Assembly (NCBI GenBank): GCA_963820525.1
Contig: CAWGAA010000001.1
Location: 2,496,001 to 2,560,000 of the forward strand
Origin: an uncultured Spirochaetota bacterium
Lineage (GTDB): Bacteria; Spirochaetota; Spirochaetia; SZUA-6; Fen-1364
DNA length: 64,000 bases
Direction: 5' to 3'
The translations under genes were made by a program, and so were the position numbers. Shown one piece after another: positions 1 through 9,500 of this stretch; position 1 is the stretch's first letter; every line of letters starts with the position of its first letter. A model generated the notes under the pieces. It was not told the DNA's origin, searched no databases, and saw only the letters and a program-made list of their open reading frames with translations.

Positions 1-75
1 ACTAGAATCCGCTCGCCACATCTATACTCTCTGTCGGGGCAAAGAACAAGCGCGCGGTGGAGCAAGGAGGTCGAT

Positions 76-399
76 GTGTATTGTCCAAACTGCGGCAAAG
101 AGGTTTCTAACCAGGCGGTCAGCTGCCCTTCCTGCGGACATCCGCTGAAGCCGATGGGGCCGGGCTATATGGAAGGCAAGCCCGTGAGCCCGAAAAGCAG
201 GCTGGCGACCCTTCTGCTCTGCATATTCCTGGGATACCTAGGCATCCACAGGTTCTACGTGGGTAAAGTGGGCACGGGCGTCGCCATGATTCTCACGGCG
301 GGCGGCTGCGGCATCTGGGTGATCGTCGACTTCATCATGATCGTGACCGGCTCTTTCACGGACTTCGACGGCAAGTACGTCCTGGACTGGCAGACCTGA
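76..399 (+). CDS. Zinc-ribbon + TM2 (NINE) domain membrane protein
   Basis: N-terminal CPNC..CPSC ribbon; TM2 motif KSRLATLLLCIFLGYLGIHRFYVGK; AGGAGG upstream of GTG. Confidence 0.9.
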   Translation: MYCPNCGKEVSNQAVSCPSCGHPLKPMGPGYMEGKPVSPKSRLATLLLCIFLGYLGIHRFYVGKVGTGVAMILTAGGCGIWVIVDFIMIVTGSFTDFDGKYVLDWQT

Positions 400-461
400 G
401 GCGGGCTTGCTTCGCGTCATGAAGCCGCGCTACCTTTTCTCATCGGCCCGCCGAGTCCGCC

Positions 462-1226
462 ATGATTCCCATTGGGGATGATAACAGAGACCGCCGCCTC
501 ACCCCTTTTGTTACCTGGGGAATCATCGCGCTCAATGTATTCGTGTTCGTGTTTCTCCAGGGCTTCGGAACGAACCTCCGCTTCACCTACGCATACGCCG
601 CGGTGCCGGCGGAGATCCTCTCGGGCAAGGACATCGTGACCCCGGACCGCACGGTGGTGGATCCCGACACAGGCCGGCGTTTTCTCCTTCCGGGCCTGCA
701 GAGAACCCCGGTCCCCGTGTTCCTCACGATCTTCATCTCCCTGTTCATGCACGCGGGCATCGCCCACATCCTGGGCAACATGCTGTATCTCTTCGTCTTC
801 GGCGATAACGTGGAGGACCGTCTCGGCCATTTCCGATTCCTCCTGTTCTACCTCTTCTGCGGCGTGGCGGCCGCATTGGCCCAGGTTTACGTCACCGAGC
901 TCACGGGAGGCAACCTCTCGATCCCCAGCCTCGGCGCATCGGGGGCCATCTCGGGAGTCCTGGGGGCGTACCTTCTTCTCTTCCCCCGTCGAAGGGTCCG
1001 CGTCCTCGTCTTCTCGTTTTTTCCCGCTCAAGTACCGGCCCTCTACGCGGTGGGGTTCTGGTTCCTCTTTCAGCTCATCAACGGCCTGGGGTACCTGGGC
1101 GGAGGAACCGGTGGAGGAGTCGCCTACGCGGCGCACATCGGCGGCTTCCTCGCGGGGCTCATCACCGTGCCCCTGTGGGCGGTCGGGAGACGCTCCACCC
1201 CGAAGTTCAAGTATCCACAGAGCTGA
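462..1226 (+). CDS. Rhomboid family intramembrane serine protease
   Basis: FMHAGIAHILGNMLYL, GASGAI (catalytic Ser), AHIGGF (catalytic His). Confidence 0.95.
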   Translation: MIPIGDDNRDRRLTPFVTWGIIALNVFVFVFLQGFGTNLRFTYAYAAVPAEILSGKDIVTPDRTVVDPDTGRRFLLPGLQRTPVPVFLTIFISLFMHAGIAHILGNMLYLFVFGDNVEDRLGHFRFLLFYLFCGVAAALAQVYVTELTGGNLSIPSLGASGAISGVLGAYLLLFPRRRVRVLVFSFFPAQVPALYAVGFWFLFQLINGLGYLGGGTGGGVAYAAHIGGFLAGLITVPLWAVGRRSTPKFKYPQS

Positions 1227-1238
1227 AGGCCGGCTCGC

Positions 1239-2231
1239 TCACACGCGGCATTCCCGCATCAGCTCGAGGAGTGCCCGGTCCACCATGAATCCGCCAATCT
1301 TCTCGAAGGCGGCGCCCGACCGGCCATGCCCCACAATGCCGAAGGGGCCTTCAAACTCCCAGAGGCTGTATCCCCAGCGAAACTCCTTGAACAGGCCCAG
1401 CAGGTCGCCCAACCACCGCAGCGCGATGTCGTTGTCCACCTTGTTGAAGCAGCCCATCTCGCCGATGTGTATCGCGACGCCGCGAGCCTCCACATCCCTC
1501 CAGGGACGGTAGTGCTCGCGCAAGCCGTCGGCATTCCATACCCGCCCATCCCACACAAGGCCGGGATAGACCGGAGCGGGCGCATCTGCATGATCCGGCC
1601 ACCATGTCGCCCCATGGTGGCTGATCGGCATGGGTTGGTAGCCGCGTCCGCTGTGGACGGCTCCGACGTCGGCGAGCTCGGGCATGGCGAGGTTGCCGCC
1701 CGAAAGCCCATCGATGACGATCTGGCGGCGCGGGTCCACGGCCCGGATGGCAGCGCAGGCCCGGCGAACGAGGGCGGCATGGTTCTCCCGCGTCATGCCG
1801 TACTGGCCGATAGAGGGAGGCTCGTTCACCAGATCGAAGCTGAGAGCCTCCGCCGCAACCCCCCGGTAGCGGTGGGCGAAGGTTTCCCAGAGAAATACAA
1901 AGGCATCCTGCGCCGTCGCGTCCAGCCAGAGGTTGTGGCGCTCCAGATGGTTGGCATTGATGCAGTAGCCCGGAGCGCGATGAAGATTCAAGCACATGTG
2001 CATTGCGCGCGAGCGGCAGGCCTCCAGGTATTCATCGATACGGGAAATGACCTTCTCATCGGGGTTGAAGTAGTCGAAGTCCTCGGTCCAGAAGCGATAG
2101 TCGGTGGGGATGCGCACGAAGGTGAATCCTAACTCCGCCATGAAGTCGAGCGCCCTCTCGTCCGGGGGGTGGGGTTGTCCCATCCGCCCCCTGCTGAACA
2201 TCCATTGGAAATTGAAACCATAGCGCGGCAT
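1239..2231 (-). CDS. Glycoside hydrolase family 5 (cellulase-like)
   Basis: FVRIP, LNLH, FDLVNEP (acid/base Glu), IGEMG (nucleophile Glu); no signal peptide. Confidence 0.9.
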   Translation of the reverse strand: MPRYGFNFQWMFSRGRMGQPHPPDERALDFMAELGFTFVRIPTDYRFWTEDFDYFNPDEKVISRIDEYLEACRSRAMHMCLNLHRAPGYCINANHLERHNLWLDATAQDAFVFLWETFAHRYRGVAAEALSFDLVNEPPSIGQYGMTRENHAALVRRACAAIRAVDPRRQIVIDGLSGGNLAMPELADVGAVHSGRGYQPMPISHHGATWWPDHADAPAPVYPGLVWDGRVWNADGLREHYRPWRDVEARGVAIHIGEMGCFNKVDNDIALRWLGDLLGLFKEFRWGYSLWEFEGPFGIVGHGRSGAAFEKIGGFMVDRALLELMRECRV

Positions 2232-2403
2232 TGGTGATCCTTTGATGTACGCTCATCCTACCGCCGGGCGACGGGCGAGGCAAGCCGGGACGGTCCTTCC
2301 CAGCCCATGTCCTTGACACGCGGCCGCCGCTTCGCCTTTGTATGGTGAGGATGAGCGACCCGACCGGGGCCTTCGGTCCAGGAGCTTCGGGGCCGCGGGA
2401 GGT

Positions 2404-3525
2404 GTGCGAACGCGCTACCATACGTTCGGAGGCACCGGGGTGGAGGTCTCTGCCCTGGGTTTCGGGGCGATGAGGCTGCCGGAAAAAAATGGCAGAGTGG
2501 ATCGCGAGCCGGCCATCGCCATGCTCAAGCGCGGTTTCGAGCTGGGGATCAATTACTTCGACACGGCTCCGTATTATCACAACGGCGAAAGCGAGGAAGT
2601 CCTCGGAGAGGCCCTTGCCGGGATACGGGACAAGGTGTCCGTCTCCACAAAGTGCCCCATGGAGGTGGGCCCGGACAAGTGGCTTTTCATGCTGGAGCAG
2701 TCTCTGCGGCGCCTGCGCACGGATCGCATCGATTTCTACCACTGTTGGGGCATCAACAGGGAATCCTTCACGAGCAACATAGAAGGAGAGCGCGGCTTTC
2801 TCACGGCAGTCGGGAAGGCCAGGACCGACGGGACGATCCGCCACCTCTCCTTTTCCTTTCACGACAATCCGCAGAGCCTTATCCGCATCATCGATGCCGG
2901 CATCTTCGAAACGATGCTGGTCCAGTACAACCTGCTTGACCGCGCGAACGAAGGGGGAATCGCGCACGCGCGCTCCAGGGGCCTCGGCGTGGCCGTGATG
3001 GGACCCGTGGGCGGCGGCAGGCTTGGCCCTCCGGCTCCCGCCATCCAGCGGCTCGTGCCCGGCGGCGTCAGGAGCACGGCTGAGATGGCCCTGCGCTTCG
3101 TCTTCTCCAATCCCAACATCGACGTGGCTCTCTCCGGCATGAGCAGCATGGCGCAGGTCGAGGAGAACGTCGCCCTCGCGGCGAACGGCTCGGCGCTCGA
3201 CCGCGAAGAGCTCGCCCGGGTCATCGCCATGATGGAGGAGAACCGGCGCCTGGCTGATCTCTACTGCACGGGCTGCAACTACTGCAAGCCGTGCCCGCAG
3301 GAGATCGACATCCCCGAGATTTTCAAGATCTACAACTACTACAGGCTCTACGGAATCGAGGACGCCGCCCGGGGGCTGTATGCCGCCCTCGCGCCGGACG
3401 GCCCTCCCTGGAGCAGGAGCGCCAAAGCGGACGCGTGCGAGGCGTGCGGGCAGTGCGAGTCGAAGTGCCCTCAAGCTCTTCCCATCATCGAGCGGCTTCG
3501 CGAGGCGCACGCTGCCCTCGGATAG
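2404..3525 (+). CDS. Aldo/keto reductase with C-terminal 4Fe-4S dicluster domain
   Basis: LGFGAMRLP, GINYFDTAPYY; CTGCNYCKPCP and CEACGQCESKCP; GTG at 2404 after GGAGG. Confidence 0.9.
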   Translation: MRTRYHTFGGTGVEVSALGFGAMRLPEKNGRVDREPAIAMLKRGFELGINYFDTAPYYHNGESEEVLGEALAGIRDKVSVSTKCPMEVGPDKWLFMLEQSLRRLRTDRIDFYHCWGINRESFTSNIEGERGFLTAVGKARTDGTIRHLSFSFHDNPQSLIRIIDAGIFETMLVQYNLLDRANEGGIAHARSRGLGVAVMGPVGGGRLGPPAPAIQRLVPGGVRSTAEMALRFVFSNPNIDVALSGMSSMAQVEENVALAANGSALDREELARVIAMMEENRRLADLYCTGCNYCKPCPQEIDIPEIFKIYNYYRLYGIEDAARGLYAALAPDGPPWSRSAKADACEACGQCESKCPQALPIIERLREAHAALG

Positions 3526-3585
3526 TGCCGCCCTGGAGGAACACGGCCCTGGCGTACGTGCGGCACGAAGAGCGCCGGCCGGATC

Positions 3586-4788
3586 CTAGCTCCCGCTCAT
3601 CCGCGCGTACACCCGCGCGAGCCTCTTCATTCCCTCCTCGATCTTCTCTTCGTCCGAGTTGGAGAAGTTCAGCCTCATTGTGTTTTCCCCGCTTCCGTCC
3701 GTGAAAAACGCCTGGCCGGGCACGAATGCCACTTTCTGCTCCACGGCAAGCTCGAAGAGCCTCAGGGAAGACATGCCATCGGGGAGGGTCATCCAGAGGA
3801 ACATCCCTCCCTGCGGCTTCGTGCACTTCACCTCGGGGGGGAAGAGCTTGCCGGCAAGCTCCACCATGAGGTTGCGCTGCTTTCCATACGCCGAGCGGAT
3901 GCGCTCGATGTGACGGTCCACGTCATTGTCGCCGAGATAGCGGTGGACGATCCTCTGGGACAGGTAGTTGGAGTGCAGGTCGGCGGCCTGCTTGGCGATC
4001 ACTAGCTGTTCGATGATCTCCCTGCCCGCGCTTATCCATCCCAGCCGGATCCCCGGAGAGACGATCTTGGAGAAGCTTCCGAGGAGCACAACGGTGTCCT
4101 CGGGAGGCCGGACGGAAGGGTCGACGAGCGTCCTCAGGGAAGGCTCCTCCTGGCCCAGGAAACGAAGCTCTCCGTAGGGATCGTCTTCGACGAGCACCGC
4201 GGAGCTCGAAGCCATGAGCCGCGCCGTTGCAACGCGCTTCTCCCTGGAATAGCTGATCCCCGATGGATTTTGGAAGTTCGGTATCGAGTAGAAGAACTTG
4301 GGCTTGTGATGGGCGAGGGCGGATTCCAGCTCTTTCATGACCGGGCCGTCTTCGTGAAGCGATATCGCGTGGAACTCGGGTTGGAACATGCCGAAGGACT
4401 GAATGGCGGCCAGGTAGGTCGGCCGCTCGACCAACACCGCGTCTCCTCTGTCGAGGAAAACCTTGCCCAAGAGGTCGAGCCCCTGCTGGGAGCCGTTGAG
4501 CACGAGGATCTGCTCCGGATTCACGGAGACGCCTTTCCTGGCGTAGCGCTCGGCGATGAGCTCCCGCAGGGGGGGATACCCCTCGGTTGTCGCATATTGC
4601 AGCACGGAAGGCCCCGACTCGGAGTCGAGCACTTTTCGCGCAGCTTCCGCAACCTCCCGGACGGGGAAGAATCGCGGGTTTGGAAGCCCTCCGGCGAATG
4701 AGATGATGCCGGGGTCTTCCGTGACCTTCAAGATCTCCCGGATGAAAGAGCGGTGAACCTTCGACATCCTTGCAGCGAACTCCGCCAT
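3586..4788 (-). CDS. PLP-dependent aminotransferase class I/II (LysN/ARO8-like)
   Basis: ISFAGGLP, NGSQQGLD, PNFQNPSG, EDDPY, GSFSKIVSPGIRLGW; start placed at ATG after AAGGAG. Confidence 0.92.
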   Translation of the reverse strand: MAEFAARMSKVHRSFIREILKVTEDPGIISFAGGLPNPRFFPVREVAEAARKVLDSESGPSVLQYATTEGYPPLRELIAERYARKGVSVNPEQILVLNGSQQGLDLLGKVFLDRGDAVLVERPTYLAAIQSFGMFQPEFHAISLHEDGPVMKELESALAHHKPKFFYSIPNFQNPSGISYSREKRVATARLMASSSAVLVEDDPYGELRFLGQEEPSLRTLVDPSVRPPEDTVVLLGSFSKIVSPGIRLGWISAGREIIEQLVIAKQAADLHSNYLSQRIVHRYLGDNDVDRHIERIRSAYGKQRNLMVELAGKLFPPEVKCTKPQGGMFLWMTLPDGMSSLRLFELAVEQKVAFVPGQAFFTDGSGENTMRLNFSNSDEEKIEEGMKRLARVYARMSGS

Positions 4789-4947
4789 CCCCAGCTCCTT
4801 TTCCACGCTCGATTTTCGCAGAGTCATATCATTTTCAAGCAAAGTCCGCTACCGGGGAACTCCGATAATAATTGTGGAGAGAAATACTTGACAATTTGCG
4901 ATTTCTATGGTTTTATGTTTAATATCTCCATTTATTCTAAATTATTT

Positions 4948-4970
4948 TTATACCTTAAATTAGGTATAAT
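4948..4970 (+). promoter_or_regulatory. Inverted repeat TTATACCT-N6-AGGTATAA overlapping a perfect -10 (TATAAT) in an AT-rich intergenic island
   Basis: 8-bp arms at 4948-4955 and 4962-4969; TATAAT at 4965-4970. Confidence 0.6.
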
Positions 4971-5000
4971 AGTTTAAATAAATGTGCCAGGAGATTATAG

Positions 5001-5975
5001 ATGGTTCTTGAGCCTGCGATTTACAACGATCTGGTCGAGCTGATTGCCGGAAATTTCAAGACCGACGAGATCAATGAGCTGGGAAAGCTGATTCTCAAGT
5101 GCTTCGACTCCAATCAGGCCGCGGGAACCAAGAACAACATCTCCCTCTCCTCCCGAAAAAGCGCCAGGCTCCTCGTCGACTGCTGCGAGCAAGACAGGCA
5201 GATTCCCTCCCTCATCAAGCTCGTCGTCGAACTGGACGAGGGGGTGATACACGGTCGGCAGGTGAAGATAGAGGGGCTTGAGATATTCCTCAACAAGCTC
5301 ATCCGCACCGGCATCCACTACGACTTCAAAACGGGAAAGGTCGTCTCCTCCTGCCATGATTCGGCGGATCTGACAAACTGGGGCTGCCTCAAGGAGGGGA
5401 AGATCTACGACATCACCATCGTCAGCGTCGACATCATGGGCAACTCTGCGCTGGTGAGGAAGTACGGCCAGTCGCGCATGGAGAAGCTGTACTTCAGGCT
5501 GTGGAGCTTTCTCAAGGACAAGCTCTCCGGCCTCGACGGCCGCATCTGGTCATGGGCCGGGGACGGGGGAATCATCGCTTTCTCCTTCAAGGACAATATC
5601 CAGAGGGCCGTTCGCTTCGCCATCGAAGTTCAGAGCACGGTCCCGGTTTTCAACCTGACGTGCCCCGACCGGCTGCCCGCCGACATCGCCCTTCGGTTCG
5701 GAATCGACACGGGAAAGATCCGCTTCCTCACCGAAACGGGAAAGATCATCTCCGATGTCATCAATGGGGCCTCCCATCTGGAGAAGAAAGCCTGCACCCC
5801 GGGCTCCGTCTCCATCTCCCGCGCGGTCCGCGACTCGCTGTCTTCGAAGATGGCCTCGATTTTCCGCTTCGACGGGATCCTGGAAGAACGCGACTACTTC
5901 ACGACGCTGGGGAGGCTGGACGGCTTTCTCTCCGGCCAGTTCGCCGCTTTCGAGGCGGAGAGCCAGTTCGCCTGA
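5001..5975 (+). CDS. Class III nucleotide cyclase domain protein with helical N-terminal domain
   Basis: VSVDIMGNS, AGDG, LRFGIDTG, VINGASHLEK; AGGAG SD. Confidence 0.85.
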   Translation: MVLEPAIYNDLVELIAGNFKTDEINELGKLILKCFDSNQAAGTKNNISLSSRKSARLLVDCCEQDRQIPSLIKLVVELDEGVIHGRQVKIEGLEIFLNKLIRTGIHYDFKTGKVVSSCHDSADLTNWGCLKEGKIYDITIVSVDIMGNSALVRKYGQSRMEKLYFRLWSFLKDKLSGLDGRIWSWAGDGGIIAFSFKDNIQRAVRFAIEVQSTVPVFNLTCPDRLPADIALRFGIDTGKIRFLTETGKIISDVINGASHLEKKACTPGSVSISRAVRDSLSSKMASIFRFDGILEERDYFTTLGRLDGFLSGQFAAFEAESQFA

Positions 5976-6466
5976 TGGTCGAGCCCTCGCCAGGCGGCGC
6001 CACCCGCGACATGCGGAAGGCGGCGCGGGAGATCTCCGGCCAGGCCGAGCTCGCCGAGGTACTCGAGCGCTCGCGCCATCTCTTCCTCGCCATCCATGAC
6101 GACCCTGCTCCCTACATCCTTCCGCTCTTCTACGGCTTCACGGAAGGCCGGATCTACATCCACTGCGCCGCCGAAGGCACCAAGCTCCAGTTGATCGCCA
6201 AGAATCCCTGCGTAAGCTTTGGCGCGGCCGAAGAGCCCCAGATCGTGGCCGGAGAATCGGCGTGCGGGTTCTCCGGGCGGTCACGAAGCGTGATCGGCCA
6301 GGGGACGGCCAGGGTCGTGAGCGATGAGCGGGAGCGCGTCAGGGGCCTGGATGCGATCATGCGCCACTACGGCGTGCAGGCTCCCTCCTATCGTCCCGAT
6401 TCCCTCGCCCGCACGTGCGTGCTCGCCATCGATATCCAGGGGATGCGGGGAAAGAAGATCGGCTGA
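5975..6466 (+). CDS. Pyridoxamine 5'-phosphate oxidase-like flavin-binding protein (NimA/NimC-like)
   Basis: MRKAAREI, PYILPLFYG, IYIHCAAEGTK, NPCVSF, C-terminal GKK; start 5975 (overlapping TGA) or 6011. Confidence 0.85.
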   Translation: MVEPSPGGATRDMRKAAREISGQAELAEVLERSRHLFLAIHDDPAPYILPLFYGFTEGRIYIHCAAEGTKLQLIAKNPCVSFGAAEEPQIVAGESACGFSGRSRSVIGQGTARVVSDERERVRGLDAIMRHYGVQAPSYRPDSLARTCVLAIDIQGMRGKKIG

Positions 6467-6588
6467 ACCGCGCTTCCTGGTAACATGGCGCCGGATATGC
6501 TATATGATTCTCGTAAGATGAAGCCATGTAGCGCCCGATTCTTGCGTGTACGCGCAGGATCTTCATACACGCACCGGAGAGCGTCGCG

Positions 6589-9500
6589 ATGCCGATCCTC
6601 CTGATCCTCGATATCACCTCCCTTGCACTCTCGATCGTGCTCTCCACCTCCCTTGTGCTGATGGTTTTGGGATACGGGCGAAAGTCGGCAAGCGTCTTTT
6701 TCGCGCACTTTGCCTCCGGGGTCGGCGCGTGGTCCCTCTTTACCCTGCTCCTGCGCCTTTCCCTCTGGTTTCACGAGGGAAATCCCGGGCTCCTGCTGGA
6801 GCTGGCGACCCTTGGCGTGACCGTGAGCGTCCTGTTCCTTTTCCTGTTTGCGGCGCGCTACGCGAAGGTCAAAAGCATCTGGCCCGACGCGGTATCCGTC
6901 GCTCTCCTGGTCATTGTGGCCACCCTTTCCTACCTCCTCTTCACCGGCAGGCTTGTATCGGCTCCCCGGATCATCGGCAACGGAACCACCCATTTCGACC
7001 TGAGCCGTGCTGGGCTTCTCTGTTCCTTTGCGGTCTGGATCCCCCTGGCTCTCGCGCTCGTGCTTTTATGGAAGCGGCGCCGGGCAGGGGAGATGTTCAT
7101 ACAATTGAGCGCCCTCGTCTTCTCCCTCGGCCTCGTCCTGGAATTCCTGGCGGGATTGGCCGTTCCCATCATGTCCGTCACCAACGCGATAAGCGTCGGC
7201 ATGCTCGGCCTGGGCGTGGCGCGGAGGCAGCTCTTCAATCCCCTGCGGGAGCTCACGGAACGGCTGGAACGGAAGGTGGCGGAGCGCACGGAAGACCTGG
7301 AGCGGGCCCGCTCCGAGGTGGAGCGGATCGTCGACGAGAGGACCGTACAGCTCCTCGGGGAGATCGGCGAGCGCCGTAAAGCCGAGAAATCCCTCAAGGA
7401 GCGGGCCGAACGGCTCGAGCTGATCGCACGCATCGGAGGGAAAACGACGGCCCTCCTCGGATTGGACGAGCTTCTCCATCAGGCGGTGACCTTGATCAGG
7501 GACGCTTTCCAGTACCTCAGCGCCGACATTTTCCTCACCGAAGGAGACTCGATCGTGCTCCGGGCCTCCACGCTCATCTCCCTGAAGCCTTTCGCGGGCA
7601 GGTTCCGCCTCAGGATCGGCGTCGAGGGAATCACGGGATGGGTGGCCGCGACGGGAGAAGCCATCTCCGTGCCTGACGTGACCAAGGACTCGCGCTACGT
7701 GACGCTTGTGGATGACGTGGAGACCCGTTCGGAGCTCGCCGTTCCCCTGAAGCTGCGGGGAAAGGTGATCGGGGTGCTGGACGTGCAGAGCGCGCGGGTA
7801 GACGCATTCACCCCCCTCGACATGTTCACCCAGCAGACCATCGCTGACCAGCTGGCCAATGCCATCGACAACGTGCAGCTCTATCAGCAGGTGACCCGCA
7901 GGGCGGAGAGGCTCGCCCTCATGAACAGGGTCTCCTCGGCCGTGAACGCCGTGCTGGATCTCTCGGATCTCATGGAAACGGTGTACCGGGAAATCACGCC
8001 GATCTTCCAGGCCGACGTTTTTTTCATTGCCCTGCTCGATGGAGAGGGGGGCCAGCTGGACTTCCGGTTCCTCGTGGAGGAAGGGGTGAGGGACTCCCTC
8101 GGCCGAAAACCCCTGGGAGCAGATCTCGCCTCGCGGATCATCAAGGAGAAGAAGCCCCTGTTGATGAGCGACCTGCCGGGCGAGCTGGAGCGTCTGGGGG
8201 ATCCGGCCCTGCGCTCGGCGGCGAAGATCCCCTCCTCCTGGCTCGGCGTTCCCATGCTTATCGGAGAGCGGCCCGTCGGCGTGATCTCGGTCCAGACCTA
8301 TGAAGCGCGGCCGTACGACGCCGAGGACTGCACGCTCCTGTCGACGGTCGCGGACCAGGTGGCCGTCGCGGTGGAGAACGCCAGGCTCTACGAAGCCCTC
8401 AAGCAGGAGCTCTCCGAGCGGCTGCGCACGGAGAAGCACCTGCGGGAATCCGAGGAGCAGTTCAGAAACCTCGCCGAGCAGCTGCCCAACATGATCTTCA
8501 TCAATAAGGGAGGCAGGGTCGTCTACGTAAATCAGCGCTGCGCCGACGTTACGGGATACACGCGGGAGGAGATCTACAGCCCCGGCTTTCACTTCATGGA
8601 CCTGACGGCGCCGGAGCACCGCCAGGATGTCATGCAGAAGTTCCGCATGCACATGCGCGGCGAGGAGGTGAGCCCGTACGAGTACGCCTTCATTACCCGG
8701 GAGGGAAAGAAGATCGAGGCCATCCTCACCACCAAGCTGATCCATCACGCGGGGGAAGACGCCATCCTGGGGATCATCACCGACATCACCGCGCGCAAGC
8801 GCACGGAGCTCCTCCTGCGCTCGCTGAATGTCGCCGCCCTCGCCATGCAGCAGGCCCTCACCCCCAAGGAGATCTTCCCCGCTGCCGTGCGGGAGCTGAA
8901 CGACCTCGGCTTCGCCTGCGCGGTACTCCTGGCGGACGCTTCCAAGAGACGGCTCGCCATCCGCTACGCAGTCGGGTTTGCTCACCATGACATCACGGTC
9001 GTGGACGAACAGACGGACTCGGAGGCGGTCTGGCTTCCCATCGACGGGGTTCCGGCCGTGGTCGCCGTGATCAGGGAGCGGCAGACCGTGCTCACGGAGT
9101 TCGAAGCCGCGTACATCGGCTCCCAGCCCAGCCTCGCCATCATCTCTGAATGGCTGGCGAGCCATTCGGTGGATCGGGTGCGCGCCATCATCTCTCCCCT
9201 GAGCGTGGGAGACGACGTGTTCGGCCTCCTCGTGGTCAGCGCGGACAGCCTGAGCCAGAACGACCTTCCCATTATCTCGGCCTTCGCCCACCAGACGGCG
9301 GCCGCGTGGCGCAAGACGCTCCTGATGCAGGACCTTGCGCGAAGCCTCGAGGAGCTTCGAACCACTCAGGACCTCCTGCTGCACGCGCAGAAGATGGAGG
9401 CCATCGGGCGGCTTGCCGGGGGGATCGCCCACGACTTCAACAACGTGCTCACCGTGATATCGGGCTACACGAGCCTCCTCGTCGATTCCCTCCAGAACAA

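Noticed and set aside
5001..6466. Complete Pycsar or CBASS defence system
   Set aside because: No cNMP-binding TIR/TM effector or other defence gene is adjacent
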